A stretch of 64,000 nt of DNA from the human T2T-CHM13v2.0 reference genome, Homo sapiens: assembly GCF_009914755.1 (NCBI RefSeq), contig NC_060947.1. One strand, 5' to 3'. A program made the translations under genes and the position numbers. Positions 31,548 through 46,768 of this stretch are shown here, in pieces. Within the stretch, counting starts at the first letter, position 1, and every line of letters starts with the position of its first letter. The notes below the pieces were generated by a model. That model saw only the letters and a list, made by a program, of their open reading frames with translations, was not told where the DNA came from and did no database searches.

Positions 31548-32208
31548 AATGGCTTTATTGAGATCTAAATTACATTCCATACAATTCACCCATTTAAATG
31601 GCACAATTCAGTGGTTTTTAGTATGTTCGTGGAGTTCTGCAACCATCACCACAATCAATTTTAGAACATTTTAATCACCCCCAAAAGAAACTCTGTACCA
31701 TTAAGCTGTCACTCTTCCATCCCTGAATCCTCACCCTGCTCAGTCCTAGGGAACCAGTAATCTAATTTCTATTTGTATGGATTTGCCTGTTTTGACATTT
31801 CCTAGAAATGGAATAATATGATGCAGTCTTTTGTGATGGCATCTTTCACTTAGCATTATGTTTGCAAAGTTCATCCGTGTTGTGGCATATATCAGTTCTC
31901 TACTCCTTTTCATGGTTAAATAATATTCCCTTATATGGATATACTACATTTTGTTTATCCATTCATCAGTTGATAGACGTTTGAGTTGTTTCCTCTTCTT
32001 GGCTATTATGAATAATACCGCCATGAACATTCATGTACAAGCTATTGTGTAGACATATGTTTTCACTTCTCTCGGGTATATGTGTAGGAGTGGAACTGCT
32101 GAGTCATATGGTAACTCTATGTTGAATTGTTTGAGAATTTCCAAACAGTTTTGCAAAGTGTCTGCACCATTTTACAGTCCTGCCAGCAGTGTCTGAGAGC
32201 TCCAATTC
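31548..32208 (-). mobile_element. L1MB 3' end
   Basis: gctttattgagat...caattcacccatttaaa...gagtcatatggtaactctatgtt. Confidence 0.88.
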
Positions 32209-32389
32209 CTGGAGGTGACGTTTTGATCCTGTCCGATTGGTAGAGGATACTTTCTAGGGTTGGTGGCTTGGAGAAGCCCTTTCCCTGGGATAGTCTGACC
32301 ATGCAATCTTAAGTTGTTAAGGGAACAACTTTTATAAGCAAGTATTTTTTACACTTGCTTATAAAATATATAATTATAAAACATATTGC

Positions 32390-33996
32390 TGCCAAACAAG
32401 CTGGGAGGTCATGTGAATTATCTGCCCAAGCAAAAGGGAGTGTGGTGTTTTTTAATTAGAATAAGGATGAAGGATATTCAGAACCTTGGTCTGTCAGAGA
32501 ACTTGGAACACCCAAATGCTATATTTCATTCACATTTCTCTCTCTTTCTCTCTCTGGAGACAGGGTCTCACTCTGTTGCCCAGACTGGAGTGTAGTGGTA
32601 TGATCATGACTCACTGCAGCCTCAGTCTCCTGGGGTCAAGCAAACCTCCCACCTCAGCCGCCCGAGTAGTTGGGACCACAGTTGTGATCCACTACACCTG
32701 GCTAGCTAATTTAAAAAAATCATACAGACAGGGTCTCACTATGTTGCCCAGGCTGGTCTTGAACTCCTGGACCCAAGCAATTCCCCTGCCTCGGCCTCCC
32801 AAAGTGTAGGGATTACAGGCATGAGCCACCTCACCCAGCCAAGTTTCTCTCCAAACTTCACCTTATCCGTGGAAGCTTTTCTGCAAAAACTTCCATCCCC
32901 TCACTGCACCTCACCCCTCCTCTGAAATGCACTTCCCTGCACTTTGAATCTCATCAGGATTTTGTTTCCACTGTGTGCAATCCTGGCTCCCACAGCCATT
33001 CTGAAGCTGTCCTTCAGCAGATTTGAAAGCCCGTTCTTTATCCCAGTGAGATAGAAGCTCATCAACTGCAAAACTCTGTAGTCTTTCTAGCTCTGGGTGT
33101 GATCCTGTACATTACATATTTGCTGCCTAAAGCTAAGGTGCTGCCTAAAGCTAAGTTTATTGTACAAACTGGAACACTTTTGTGGGTGAAGGGCACAAAT
33201 GTGCCTTCGATAATGACACTAGGACAGCAGGTGTAACACAGGACTATCCTGAGCAAACCAGTACCTACGTTCCCCCTACCTAAAACACAAAGTTCCTTTT
33301 TAACTTCTATTGTTCCTACCCCAAATCCCAGGAAGTACTGGTTGACACCAAGGCTGAGTAGGCAGATATACCAAAAAACCCTCAACTCCCTCTACCCCAG
33401 AAATGATACAATGCTTACAGAAAGTAGCCTTGAAAAGGGTTAAAACTTACATGAGCCCACGACAAACCCTTGGCATCTTAACACAAGTCATTTGACAAAG
33501 CATCCTGAAAGTGTTTCTACTGAATTCCTATAGGTCTCAAAGGCCAATGATGGCTTCCTCCAAGTCACCTTTTCCCAGGATCCAATTGCCATATAACAAA
33601 ATGAGCTATAAAGGCTACAGAGTTTCACATCTTGATAAGGTTCTATCTCACAGGATAAAGAATGGGTCTCAAATCTGCTGAAGGGCAGCTTCAAAATGGC
33701 TGTGGGAGCCAAGATTGTATACAGTTGAAGCCAAATGCTGATGAGATTCAAAGCGCAGGGAAGTGCATTTCGGAGGAGGGATGGGATGCAGTGTGGGGAT
33801 GGAAGTTTATGCAGAAAAGCTTCCATGGATAAGGTGAAACTTAAAGAGAAACTTGAATGAAGTATAGCATTTGGGTGTTCCAAGTTCTCTGACAGACCAA
33901 GGTCCCTAATATCCTTCATCCTTACTCTAATTAAAAGATATCACGCTCCCTTGTGCTTGGGCAGACAATTCGCATGACCTCCCAGCTCATTTGGCA
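32390..33996. repeat. Inverted duplication: arms 32390-33093 (incl. Alu) and 33603-33996, ~510-bp spacer
   Basis: Manual alignment of the left arm to the reverse complement of the right arm: ~400 aligned bp, ~87% identity, longest perfect run 41 bp. Confidence 0.95.
32545..32840 (-). mobile_element. AluJ (Jo-like) inserted in left arm of inverted duplication
   Basis: gggtctcactatgttgcccaggctgg; degenerate TSD acatttctct / aagtttctct. Confidence 0.88.
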
Positions 33997-34699
33997 ATGC
34001 TTGGGAGAAACCTGGCCTTGCAATCAGACTAAATGATGTGTTACCCTACACTTAATCTCCACCATCCATCAAAATCCAGGGGCCTTGGCCTCAGCCCCTC
34101 GACAAGAGGCCCACAGTACCTGGGTAGGATTTCATTCAGCGAATGAATGCAAAGCCCCTAATTCTCCATCCATCTCAGTCCTCCGTAAACAGTTAAAGAC
34201 TGCAGCCAACAGCAAAAGAACTGCCAACCCAAATGAAAGCAGTGAGTCAGCAAAATAAAGACAGATGGCAATGGATTAACTGTAGCATAGGCAACAAGAA
34301 GCAGGCCCTACTTAGTTCTGACCAGATTGCTTTCCCTCAATTTCAGGCAACCCAGCGCTCACATGGAGTCCCTCATGAGCTATGCTGGAGATAGGGGAAA
34401 GCAGCCGCTGCACCCAGGGGTGTGTGTAGCCATAGGGGTGCAAGAGAATACTGCTTTAATCCATAGTTTCCAGGTGGTCCAGGCATGGGGAAGGGGACAG
34501 GACAGAAGGAAGAAGACATTGACCAGGCTTTCCCCCAACTGTTCCACCTCCCTTGTCAAAGGGCCATTTCCTTCAATAGCCCTATTTGCAAGTATTCTTC
34601 TCTGTTGTCCATTAACCATACTTATTGGATCACATATTCCAGTTTGTGGACACACCACTATCGTCACCATAACTTGCCCTGTTCTTGCCCATCAGCTTA

Positions 34700-35114
<415 letters not shown>

Positions 35115-35989
35115 CTATTACTGTATTTCCTGGAACACAGCAGGTGCTCAATAAATTTTTGTGGAATGAAAGAAAAAATGGATGACTGAAAGCTCTTACA
35201 CAAAATGTGGTCTGAAGCCCATAAACGAGAGTCTACTGGAGGGGAATCCTTTGTTTAAATGTCCTTTTTTGGTTGTTTTTAAAGTAATGCATTTTTATTT
35301 CTCAGAAAGAGGATGATGAACATTTAACTTGCACAAAATATTCACTGGCACGTATCGTTTACTCTGGGAGCAGTAGCCGTGTCATTGACCACACAAATAG
35401 CAGAAGACACAAAGCATCAGCTTCTACTTCAAAATTCATTGTTACTTTTACAAAGACTGCTTAAAAATGACCATTTTTCACATGCAGCTATGTTGAGATA
35501 TTATTTTATAAAACAAGACTTGCCATTTAGACTAAAGAGTTGTTCTCCTTAAGTTTTCTAAGATATTTTTTTGTGAATGAGCAAAAAGTGAGTTGACAGT
35601 TGTTGAGGTGTTGACTATTAGCAGAAAAATCTTATAAATAGTTCCATGATGCAAGTATTCTATGAATGTCATACGATGATTCAAATAGAAAATCAGTTAA
35701 TTATATTTCAGCACTAATTCTATTTTTTTCAGATTTTGTTGCCTTGATATTTGTATTTTTCATTTCATCACTACTTTTCCAAAGGATCTCAGTAGCAGAG
35801 TTAGGTAAAGAAAGATTCCCATCCTCTATTTCTCCTGAAGCTCTCTGCTGTGTCAACATCTGCAGCATAATTCCGGGTGGTATAATTCTTTGGTCCTGCT
35901 CTTACTCTTGCCATTCCCTCTGCTGGGTGTGCCTTCCTGGCTATTGCCATTGCTGGCTTTTTTAAAAAAAAAAAAAGCAAACAAACAAA

Positions 35990-36277
35990 ACCTTTTATTT
36001 TAGGTTCAGGAGTACATGTGTAGGTTTGTTATATAAGTAAACTTTGTGTCACGGGAGTTTGGTGTACAGATTATTTCACCACCCAGGTAATAAGCACAGT
36101 ACCCAATATGTACTTTTTTGATCCTCACACTCCTCCCACCCTCCACCCTCAGTTAGGCCCCAGTGTCTGCTGTTCCCTTCTTTATGTCCATGTGTACTCA
36201 AAGTTTAGCTCCTACTTATCAGTGAGAACATGCAGTATTTGGTTTCCTGTGCCTGTGTTAGTTCACTTAGGATAATG
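35990..36277 (-). mobile_element. L1PA (PA13-16-like) 3' end
   Basis: ggtgtacagattatttcaccacccaggtaataagc...agtgagaacatgcagtatttgg. Confidence 0.85.
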
Positions 36278-36774
36278 CAAATGTCTTTTTTTACTCAATC
36301 AAGGAATCAGTCAATCAACAAGCATTTCCTAGCATCCCCCAGGTACCCAGCATTTTGTATGCACCCATCACCTTGGCTACATCAACATTTTCTGACGACT
36401 CTCCTCAAAAGGCCATCTTCTTAAGCTGACATAGGTCTACATGATGGTTTCCATATTCCTAAAATCTTTGATATTTGGGGTTTCTTAGAAGGACTCCCAA
36501 TAAATTACAACTGCCTTTTTCTGATGAACAGTCCTTAGAGAAGTAGAATATTCTTAAGAATAATTCCAGATGATTCTTGGATATGAACAGGAATGGAGAT
36601 AGGAATAAACACTTGACTTAGCTGAAGAAAGGAACAAGCATTGGGGAGTGGTGGGGTGGTGGGTAGGGAAGGAAATAGTTCCCACTCTACACCCAGCTAG
36701 TCTACCCTTCCCACAACTACCCAGTTTGTCCACAGAATTGAGGCTGTTCTACTTTGACTTTTTCCAAAGTAAAA

Positions 36775-37362
36775 TAATTAACTGAGGTGAAATTCACATA
36801 AAATTAAACATTTTAAACTGAATAATTAAGTGGCATTTAGTATATTCACATGTTGCATAACCATCACCTCTATCTAGTTCCAAAACATTTCCATCATTCC
36901 AAAGTAAAACCTCTTACCCATTAAGCAGATTCTTCTCATTTCTCCCAGACTCTGGAAATCATCAGTGCCCCAACTCTACAAATTTACCTATCCTGGATAT
37001 TTCATGTAAATAAAATCATACAATATGAGGCCTCAGTGTCTGGCTTCTGTCCTTTAGCATAATGTTTTCAAGGTTCATCCACATTGTAATCCATATCAGT
37101 AAGTTCATTCCTTTTTATAGCCGAATAATATTCCACTGTATAGATATACAATATTTTTTTGTTTATCTATTCACCATGTGATGGATGCTTGGGTTGTTTT
37201 CACCTTTTGGCTATTGTGAGTAGTGCTGTTGTGAACACACATGTGCTTGTACTCATTTGAGTCCCTGTTTTCGATTTTTGGGGAGTATATACCTAGAAGT
37301 GGAATTGTGGGGTCATATGGTAATTCCATGTTTAACTTTTTGAGGAACCATCAAACTATTTT
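36775..37362 (-). mobile_element. L1MB 3' end
   Basis: gaggtgaaattcacata...accatcacctctatctagttccaaaacattt...ggtaattccatgtttaactttttgagg. Confidence 0.87.
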
Positions 37363-37954
37363 TCTACCCTATTATTTTAATACCTTCAAGGATGAATAAA
37401 CACTACAATAAAAGTGACCAATTCAAAGTCACTAGCATCTGTGAAGCTGACCTAGGTATGCCTGAGCTTTTGTCCCATGACTTTGGGAACTGCTTCAGGA
37501 TTCTAGTTGCTTCAGAGACATCTTGACTGGGAGGGTTGTTTCTGGGGGGTCCAATCAATGATCATCAGGGACTCAAGCATTTCCCTGAGATTGGCTCCTA
37601 TGAAAGTTACTCAACATCATCTCCAGTCAATATGAAACATTTCTGGGACACCTCATCTAGCCCTTTTTCCTTCCGTCCTTCCCTTCTCCTTTCTTTCCTT
37701 CCTTTATTCATCTAACAAATGTTTATTGGGTACCTACCATATTTTAAGTAGTGTGCTAGATGTTGGGGGTACAGATAAATGAGATGCAGTTTCTGTCTCT
37801 GGGGCCACTGAAAATGCTGAAGAGATGGTACATATTCAAGTCAAGGTGCCAGATAGCATAGTAGCCAGGAAAGTTCCAAATGTGGACACTGTGTCCCACA
37901 CAGATACCAGACTATAAGCTCCTCAAGGCAGTAACTGTGTCCTGTTCTTTGCTA

Positions 37955-38490
<536 letters not shown>

Positions 38491-39634
38491 GACTGAGATA
38501 GGCTGCCTGGCAGCATCAGTCCATTACCTTTTCCTAGCACCACCATGAGCCTGCATGGTTCCCTGTAGCCATCTCTCTTTCCTTAGTTCTGTCTTAGGCA
38601 GGTAGCACAGAGTGGGTATCCTTTGGGTCCTGTATTCTCTGACCTCCCTACAATTTCAGAATGAGTTTTCTTTCAGAAGTGTTTTTATATTTCAGTTTCA
38701 TGATGCCTTCCTCAAAGAGGAACCCAGATGATGTGAGGAAGTGAGACCATCTTTCCCAGGAAGTAAATTCACAGTGAGCAGGAAAACCCTCAGTCACCAG
38801 CTTGATGTTTGTCTCTAGAAATAGTCTTCTATCAGCCTGTAGCTTAGGGTGGAGGTGGGAGCTGAGACGTGGGCAGGAGCCAGCCCTGATGCTGATGGTG
38901 TTCCATGATTTGGGTATGCCTCTCTTTCAGTTCGTTCTGTGTTCTGCTTTCCTTGGACCTGAGTGCTAACCACATAAGTTTCCAGAAGAAAACTGAGGGC
39001 AGCAGAGCACAGATGTTGCCAATTTCATAAACTACTACTTCAGTTCACATTCTCGAAACACCTCCTGGACACAAGTAATAAAAAACTACAGAGTCAATGG
39101 CAAATAAGGGGAGGGAATTGAGAGGAAAGATGAACATAGAGGGAAAGGTGTTTCAGATGAGATTGGAAACAAGAGGAGTGGAAGTGGGGGTGAGGTACCC
39201 CAACCTTAACTACAGAGAAGGAAAAGGCTTTCATGCAGGAAGCTGCTTTGAAATAAAGAAGCCCTGGGGCAGCCTGCAGACTCTAACTCTAGTCAGTCTC
39301 AGCTCCTTTAGGGCCAACTCTTGGCCTTGTGCCCTTTGGGGTTGAAACCTCTAGATCCATGCTGGAGTGCAGAGGTAGAATGCGCAGAACACGTCCCCAA
39401 AGGGTAGACAGACCATGGAATGACACATTTGAAGGGATTTGATTATGTTAAAAATCAAGAAACTAAAGCTACCAAGGGTATTTTTTTCCTTTTTAAAAAA
39501 AGACCCCAAACTTCAGGCAACAGACTGTACTAGGAGCTCCTTTGTGAGATCTACCTACCAGCTTATGGGTGGGTTGCTACCTCCAATAAAATTTCCATTT
39601 GAACTCCTATTGGGGATGGCAAATATTAATACTA

Positions 39635-39900
39635 TGTTAGGAGCTTGGGGGTACAATTATGAACCAGACACGGTCCCTGCCCTCAAGGAATTTGCAGTCT
39701 AATAGGGAAGAGAGATAAAGCAGACAGCTAATTATAACATGGAATGATGAGGTCTGGAAGTTGTTGGGGGAGGACAGAGGATGAGCATTTAAATCACTCT
39801 GAAGTGTCAGGGAAGGCTTCCTGAAAGACATGATGCATAAACTGAAGAATGAGTAGGAGTCAGCCAAGTGAAAGGGAAGGGGGAAAGGATATTCTAGACA
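39635..39900 (-). mobile_element. L2
   Basis: ggtccctgccctcaagga...gtcagggaaggcttcctga...gaagaatgagtaggagtcagcc. Confidence 0.8.
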
Positions 39901-39924
39901 GATGAGCTTTGCAGGAGTAAGGTT

Positions 39925-41132
39925 TGCTAAGAAAGATTAAAGCAAAAACTTACAAAATACACAATCATCAAAAATGAAATGTTGATCAATACAAGCAAAA
40001 GCCAGCTCTTTGGGAAGACCATGAAAATAGGCAAAGATTAGCAAGTTTGCTAAAAACGAAACAAAACAAACAAACAAAACACATCAACAACCACTCAAGA
40101 GTAAAAAGAGGCAGAGAAAGGGAGAGGAAGAAGGATAGGGAGAGGGAGAAGAAGAAGAAAAAGAGAGAGAGAGGACAGAACTGTATTTAGAATATATTAA
40201 AAATCAGATATGAAGGGTGGGACTAAACAAAAAATAAAAATAAAAAAGACTATATTAAAAAGTATAAGAGAATATTATTCTTAGTAATTGTGTAAGTCCT
40301 GGTACAGGTATAAAATTATAAATAATTGGTATTTTGTATTAATATTTATACCAGTAAATTTGGAACGTAGATGAAATAGACAATTTTCTGGGATACTTTA
40401 CCAAAATTGGCTTGAGAGCAAGATGAAAATCTGACTGTATCAACAAAACTAGAGAAGAAATGGAAATAGAATCAAAGATGTGTACACCTCAGCCCCCTTA
40501 ACACACACAAGTAGTCTTTAAAGGTAAAGTGTACAACAGCTTTAAGGAACAGATAATCCCTTTACCAAACAAACAATTTCAGAGCATTAAAAAAGATGAG
40601 AAACTTCCAACTTATTTTCCAAAGCTATCATAACACCAATGCCAAATTATATGAGGACCGAAAACTAACTCTATACAAAACCCCTAAATAAATTATTACC
40701 AAATCAAATCTCGCACTTTGGAAAAAGAAGACTATACCATAACCAAGTAGGGTTTATCTCAGAAATTCAAGGCTGGTTCACCATTAGAAAATATACCAAT
40801 GTAATTCATTATATTTGCATAATAAAGGAAAAGATAATATGATCATTTCAATAGATGCAGCAAAAATGTTTGATAAAACTGAGTTGAGTACTCATTTGCT
40901 CTTAGAAAGCTCTAAGAAAATTAGAAATACAAGGAAACTTTAACTTGATAAAAAGTACTTTCCAGAAAGGTACAGAAAACTTCATACTTAAAAAGAGGCA
41001 GCAAGTGTAGCAGGGTAGTTAAGAACACAGTCTCCAAAGCTAAGCAGTGGAGCTTTGAACACTTGTTGGCTGTGTGACCTTGGGCAAGTTACTTAGCTTT
41101 TCTATGCCTCAGTTTTCTTATCTGTAAAAGAG

Positions 41133-41167
<35 letters not shown>

Positions 41168-41460
41168 TCTATTTCATAACATTGTAGGAGGATTAAATAG
41201 CCTAATATTTGTAAAGTGTTCATAATAACGTTTCACACACAGAAGCAATACACAAGTGTTTGTTAACAAATTTGGAAATATTAGATGTTTTCACCCTTAA
41301 AGTCAAGAACAAGATAGAAATGTCTATTTCTACTGCTACTCTGCTATTCAACATTTTACTAGAGCTCCAAGCCAATGCCATAGAATAAAAAATAGAATTA
41401 ATAGCATCAGAAAGGAAGAAACAAAATTGTCAATATTTGCAGATAATATAATCATCTAAC
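39925..41460 (+). mobile_element. Ancient L1M ORF2 fragments, interrupted by a MIR
   Basis: accaagtagggtttatctcagaaattcaaggctggttc, atgatcatttcaatagatgcag, tttgcagataatataatcatcta. Confidence 0.75.
41005..41270 (+). mobile_element. MIR containing (AAT)n expansion (41135-41166)
   Basis: gctgtgtgaccttgggcaagttactta...cctcagttttcttatctgtaaaa. Confidence 0.85.
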
Positions 41461-41539
41461 AAAAAATGAGGTCTGTGTCTGTCAGAAAAGAAGTAAAAGA
41501 AGGAAATTCTTCTCTCTAGGGTATTCCAGTATCAACTTT

Positions 41540-42470
41540 TTTTCTAGACATTTCTATAAATTGAACATTGAGTCCATCATCTTCCTTCCATGTCTACTGC
41601 TCTTCTTGACTTCCATTTTTCTGTCAATGGTACCACGACTTTCTTTTTTAAAATTTAATTTAAAGTTCTGGGATACATGTGCAGGATGTGCAGGTTTGTT
41701 ACATAGGTAAACGTGTGCCATGGTGGTTTGCTGCACCTATTAACCTATCACCTAGGTATTAAGCCCTGCATGCATTAGCTGTTTATCCTGATGCTCTCCT
41801 CCCCCTGCCCCCGAGACAGGCCCCAGTGTACGTTGTTCCTCTCCGTGTGTCCATGTGTTTTCATTGTTCAGGTCCCACTTATAAGCAAGAACAATGGCAC
41901 CACCACTTTTGAAGTCACCTAGACTAAAAACTTTGGAAGACTCTTGGACTCTTCCTTCTTGTTCATCTCCCATATCCAATTACCTACTCTATCTGGTTAG
42001 TTTTTCCTACAAAATACTTTTCAAATGTTTTCTATTCTCACTCTCATGTCTCTAGTCCAGGCGCATGTCAACTCATGCCTCAAACAATGGATATCCTCCA
42101 GTCCCTCTCCAAGTCATCAAGTGCTCCATAGGCCAATCCTATTCGAAGACTACTATCGTCAAGTCACTCTCTTGCTTAAAAATCTCTGGTGGCTTCTCCC
42201 TTCCTATCATATCCAGTCTAAACTCCTCCAGTTGGTAGCCTTTTGCCATCTTGCTGCACCCAATCTAACACAGTTTATTGTCTCCTACTCCCTTTATATG
42301 TATGTACTCTCTGCTTTAGCAATACCAGTATTCTCAATATCCTCATCCACCTCCTTTCCTTTTTAATTCAGTACCTTTGTTTAATTCAGCGCCTCGTATT
42401 GTCCTGTCTCTCCCCCTGAGTGTCTCCAAATCTTCCCCATTTTTAATGGTTAGCTTAAACAGCACCAAAT
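41540..42470 (+). mobile_element. L2 body fragment
   Basis: gactcttccttct...catatccaat, gtcactctcttgcttaaaaatctctggtggcttc...tctaaactcct. Confidence 0.65.
41643..41891 (-). mobile_element. L1PA (PA7-10-like) 3' end with TSD, inside an L2
   Basis: TSD caatggtaccacgacttt (41625-41642) / caatggcaccaccacttt (41892-41909). Confidence 0.9.
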
Positions 42471-44615
42471 TTTATTTTCTCAAGTGAGATAATGGATACC
42501 ATACTGTGCTCATTTAATCTTCTCAGCAACTTTTAAAGTACTTATTCATTTTCACCCCATTTTATGGATCACGTATAGTGATTTGCTCAAGGTTCACATT
42601 GCTGATAATGGTAGATCTGGAATTCAAAGCCATGTTTACTGCCCAACCTCAGAGGTCATGCTCCTAACCACCCCTCTGTTCTGACTTTCTGGGATGTCTC
42701 CCCTGGCTGCCTCAACCCTCTCTGACCTTCTCTTCCTTTTGTTTGGCTGCTACGCATTGTTGTGTAGTGTGTACAAGTTTAGCTCCCAGCAAAACTGTAA
42801 GCTTTTGGAGGTCAGGATCCATTGACTCTGATCTCCTACTTCTCTGTCTCTTCCTCCCTGCAAGAGCTGGGCCCACGATGTACAGTTGATTAATTGGTAA
42901 GGTTGATCAAATATAGCTAAATATATAGGAATTTGGCCTTGGTATCCAGTCTTCAAGAAACTTTTTGAGTAGCTTGAGGATAATGCAAGCCTTCCCATTC
43001 AAGCGTGAGTTTTTAGGCCCAGGAAGGGAAAGGAGGAGTAGAATTATTACATTTCCCAAGAAATTTCCCCTAGTCCCCTTCCCCGATGATCAGGCTTCTC
43101 TCTGCATAGCTTAGGTCAATGTTGCATGACAAATCTTCCCTTTACATACGGTTGGACCAGGCCAGATTTTGTTAGCATGTGCAAATAGAGCCAAACCTGT
43201 CAACTTACAATTGTGCAAAATCTGACTCCTGGGAATCTTCCAGAAGTGAGCCGGGGAAAACTAATATCTGTCCTACCTACCTCACAGGGTCATGGTGAGA
43301 ATCAAATGAGATAATGGATATGAGCACATTTTGAAGAGTAGCAATGAAAAGCAGCTTGCTTCTTGAGCCTGGAGTGGAGCAGTAGGAGCTCTTTGGTGAT
43401 TTCAAGGCCAGGTGAAGGGTGGAGGCTCTTCTGAAATTCTTGGACTCATCATTTCCCAGTGGTTGTAAGACTTGCTTTCCGGCAATTCTTGGGAAATTTT
43501 ACTTTATTGTGAGACTTCTCCAACTACATGGGAGTTTGTCCTTGACTTCCCTTTTCCGTTTTCTAATTACCCTTACTCAGCTAGTTCACAGTACTTTGAA
43601 GGATTCTACAAGATAAGCTAACTTTCCCTCCTTTTGGTGCATTGAAAAGACAGTATTTTGCTGGTGACTTACATTTAGATTTCGAATCTCTCTCCAACAT
43701 CAGGAGCAAGTGATACGGGAAAAGCACACTCTGAGATTGATGACTTCCACGATGGTCTATAAATGATAATTAGCCACTGAATGTTATTGGATAAATAAGG
43801 AGTGCCTCTCTGCTTCCCCTGGAGAGACCAAATTCCCTCAGAATTCAAGTGTTAGAAGACACAAGAGAACCTAGAAATCTAGAATGGAAGGCTAGAGGTG
43901 AGAGTTAGAGAAGATATTTTTGTAAGAAAGAAAGTTTTGGTTCAAAAGATTCCAATTCTGAAAGTGAAGGACTTTGGGGAAAGCCAGGGGAGAGTGAGCT
44001 CAGCTTGGACAGGGAAGAGGAAAGAGTGCCGACTGTGCAGGGACCTTGGCCAAACGGCCCTGGATCAAGACTAGACCGGGCTTGCAGAGGTAGCCAGAGG
44101 TATTCTGACCAGGGAATTGAGCAAGATTTATTGCCTAAGCTGGCCTCAACTGGACAGAGTTTGGCTTTGGGTCTGTTTTGTGTGTTGGGCATGCATACGT
44201 ACCTCCTTACAGTTGAAGCTTTCAGATAGTGAGCCATGTCCTCAGCAAAATGGGGCCAAAGGGAGGTTGCTGCTGGTGTCAGAAGTGGGGACAGAACCTG
44301 AGAAGCAAAGCTATGGAAAGTACCCCAGGCCTCCGAAGGTAGCCGTGTAGGCAGGAAATAGCAGCCCTCTTGTCCCCCACAGCTCCTGGGCCACTGGCTA
44401 TCCTATCTACATTTGAACAGTATGCACCCAGCAGACTGGGCAGCTGGCCGAGAAGCTCATTATTGTGCCCCATCCCGTGGCCTTCTGGGCCACCAGGTTC
44501 CATGCATCTTATTCCACTGCTCTGCTCTACTTTTGCTTCCATAATACTGACTCTCATGAGCTGCTGTGTTGAACTGAGGGAATGTTGTGGTCTTCTATGT
44601 GTGGGCATGCATGCA

Positions 44616-44617
<2 letters not shown>

Positions 44618-44655
<38 letters not shown>
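44618..44655. repeat. (TG)n microsatellite
   Basis: Directly visible. Confidence 0.97.
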
Positions 44656-44657
<2 letters not shown>

Positions 44658-45614
44658 GGAGGGGTCCCGAGTGTCCCCCAGCCTCAGCCTCTCTGACTCC
44701 AGGCTTCAGAGGGTGCCTGTGCCTATGAACTTTGCTTGGCTAGCCTGCTGGATGGAGAGAGATGAGAGTAAACCCCTGCTGGTTCCATCCCACACTCCCC
44801 GTTATGATAGGCAGTGAAGCAAATCATTTGGGCAATTGCCTGACCTTAATGGGATAGAAAGGGCTCCTCTCTTGCTTGAAAGGAACATCCAAGCATGTGC
44901 TTAGTGTTTAGTTTTCCTGGAAAAATAATTTTTCTGGCATGCTAAAGAGGGTGAATTTGCCTTCAGAAAGGATTGTGTCATATCCATAACCTTTGCAGCC
45001 TCTCTATCATTTCCATGGATGAAAACTTTGCATTCAGGGGAAGACGAACCAAACATCTGCTAGAATAAGGTTTCAGTTTTCACTGCAGGAAAACTGTGTT
45101 GTGTAAAGAAAAATAGAGATACACCCTTGGGCAGTTTTTTGGGGGTAACCTAGCAACCCATCGAAATCAAGAGATTTTTGAAGGATACTGCAAAGTAGAA
45201 TCAGGTCTGACTGTTCAGTGTTATGATTTTAAGGGCACTGAGTACAGATAGCACCCCACCCCTCACCCCCAGCACCCTGCCTGGAATTTCAGCTTTTAAA
45301 AATTCATTCCTTTTATTTGAAAGACCTTATGTGTCTTCTGGAGTCACGTGTTGAAGAGTAAAATACGCCTGGGAGGAATATCACCTAAAACCCTATCAGC
45401 TGATAACAGCTATCTCTTCAGTGAAGATGGAGAGCCTGGGATGGGACAAAATGATCTCTGGGAATAGCAGGAATAGGATGCCTGAGTGACAAGAGGGGAC
45501 AAGGGAATGAAAGGGAAAATGGAAGACATGGCTAACTTAAGATACCATAAACGGAAGGAACCTCATAGACCATCTATACCAATGCCTTTTAAAAAAACAT
45601 TTAAAAAACGTGGA

Positions 45615-45899
<285 letters not shown>

Positions 45900-46059
45900 G
45901 GTTAAAAAATAAAAAACATTGGAACCCTCTCCTCAAACACAGAACCCCATTATGTACGAAATGAATACAAGTGGGGCTGCTCTGGTTAAAGTGGGGGCAA
46001 GAGCCTTGGGACCCAGTTTACTCAGACTCTCTACTGCTTAAGCTAAGAGAAAAGTGAGG

Positions 46060-46768
<709 letters not shown>

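Noticed and set aside
33488-33919. 143-aa ORF sharing MKDI..LGLSENLEHPNAI with ORF 32386-32595
   Set aside because: The shared peptide is simply a product of the inverted duplication; there is no evidence of coding function.
32390-33996. Inverted repeat as TIRs of a DNA transposon
   Set aside because: No TSD or recognisable terminal motif, and no transposase remnant in the spacer. Not fully excluded without a Dfam search.
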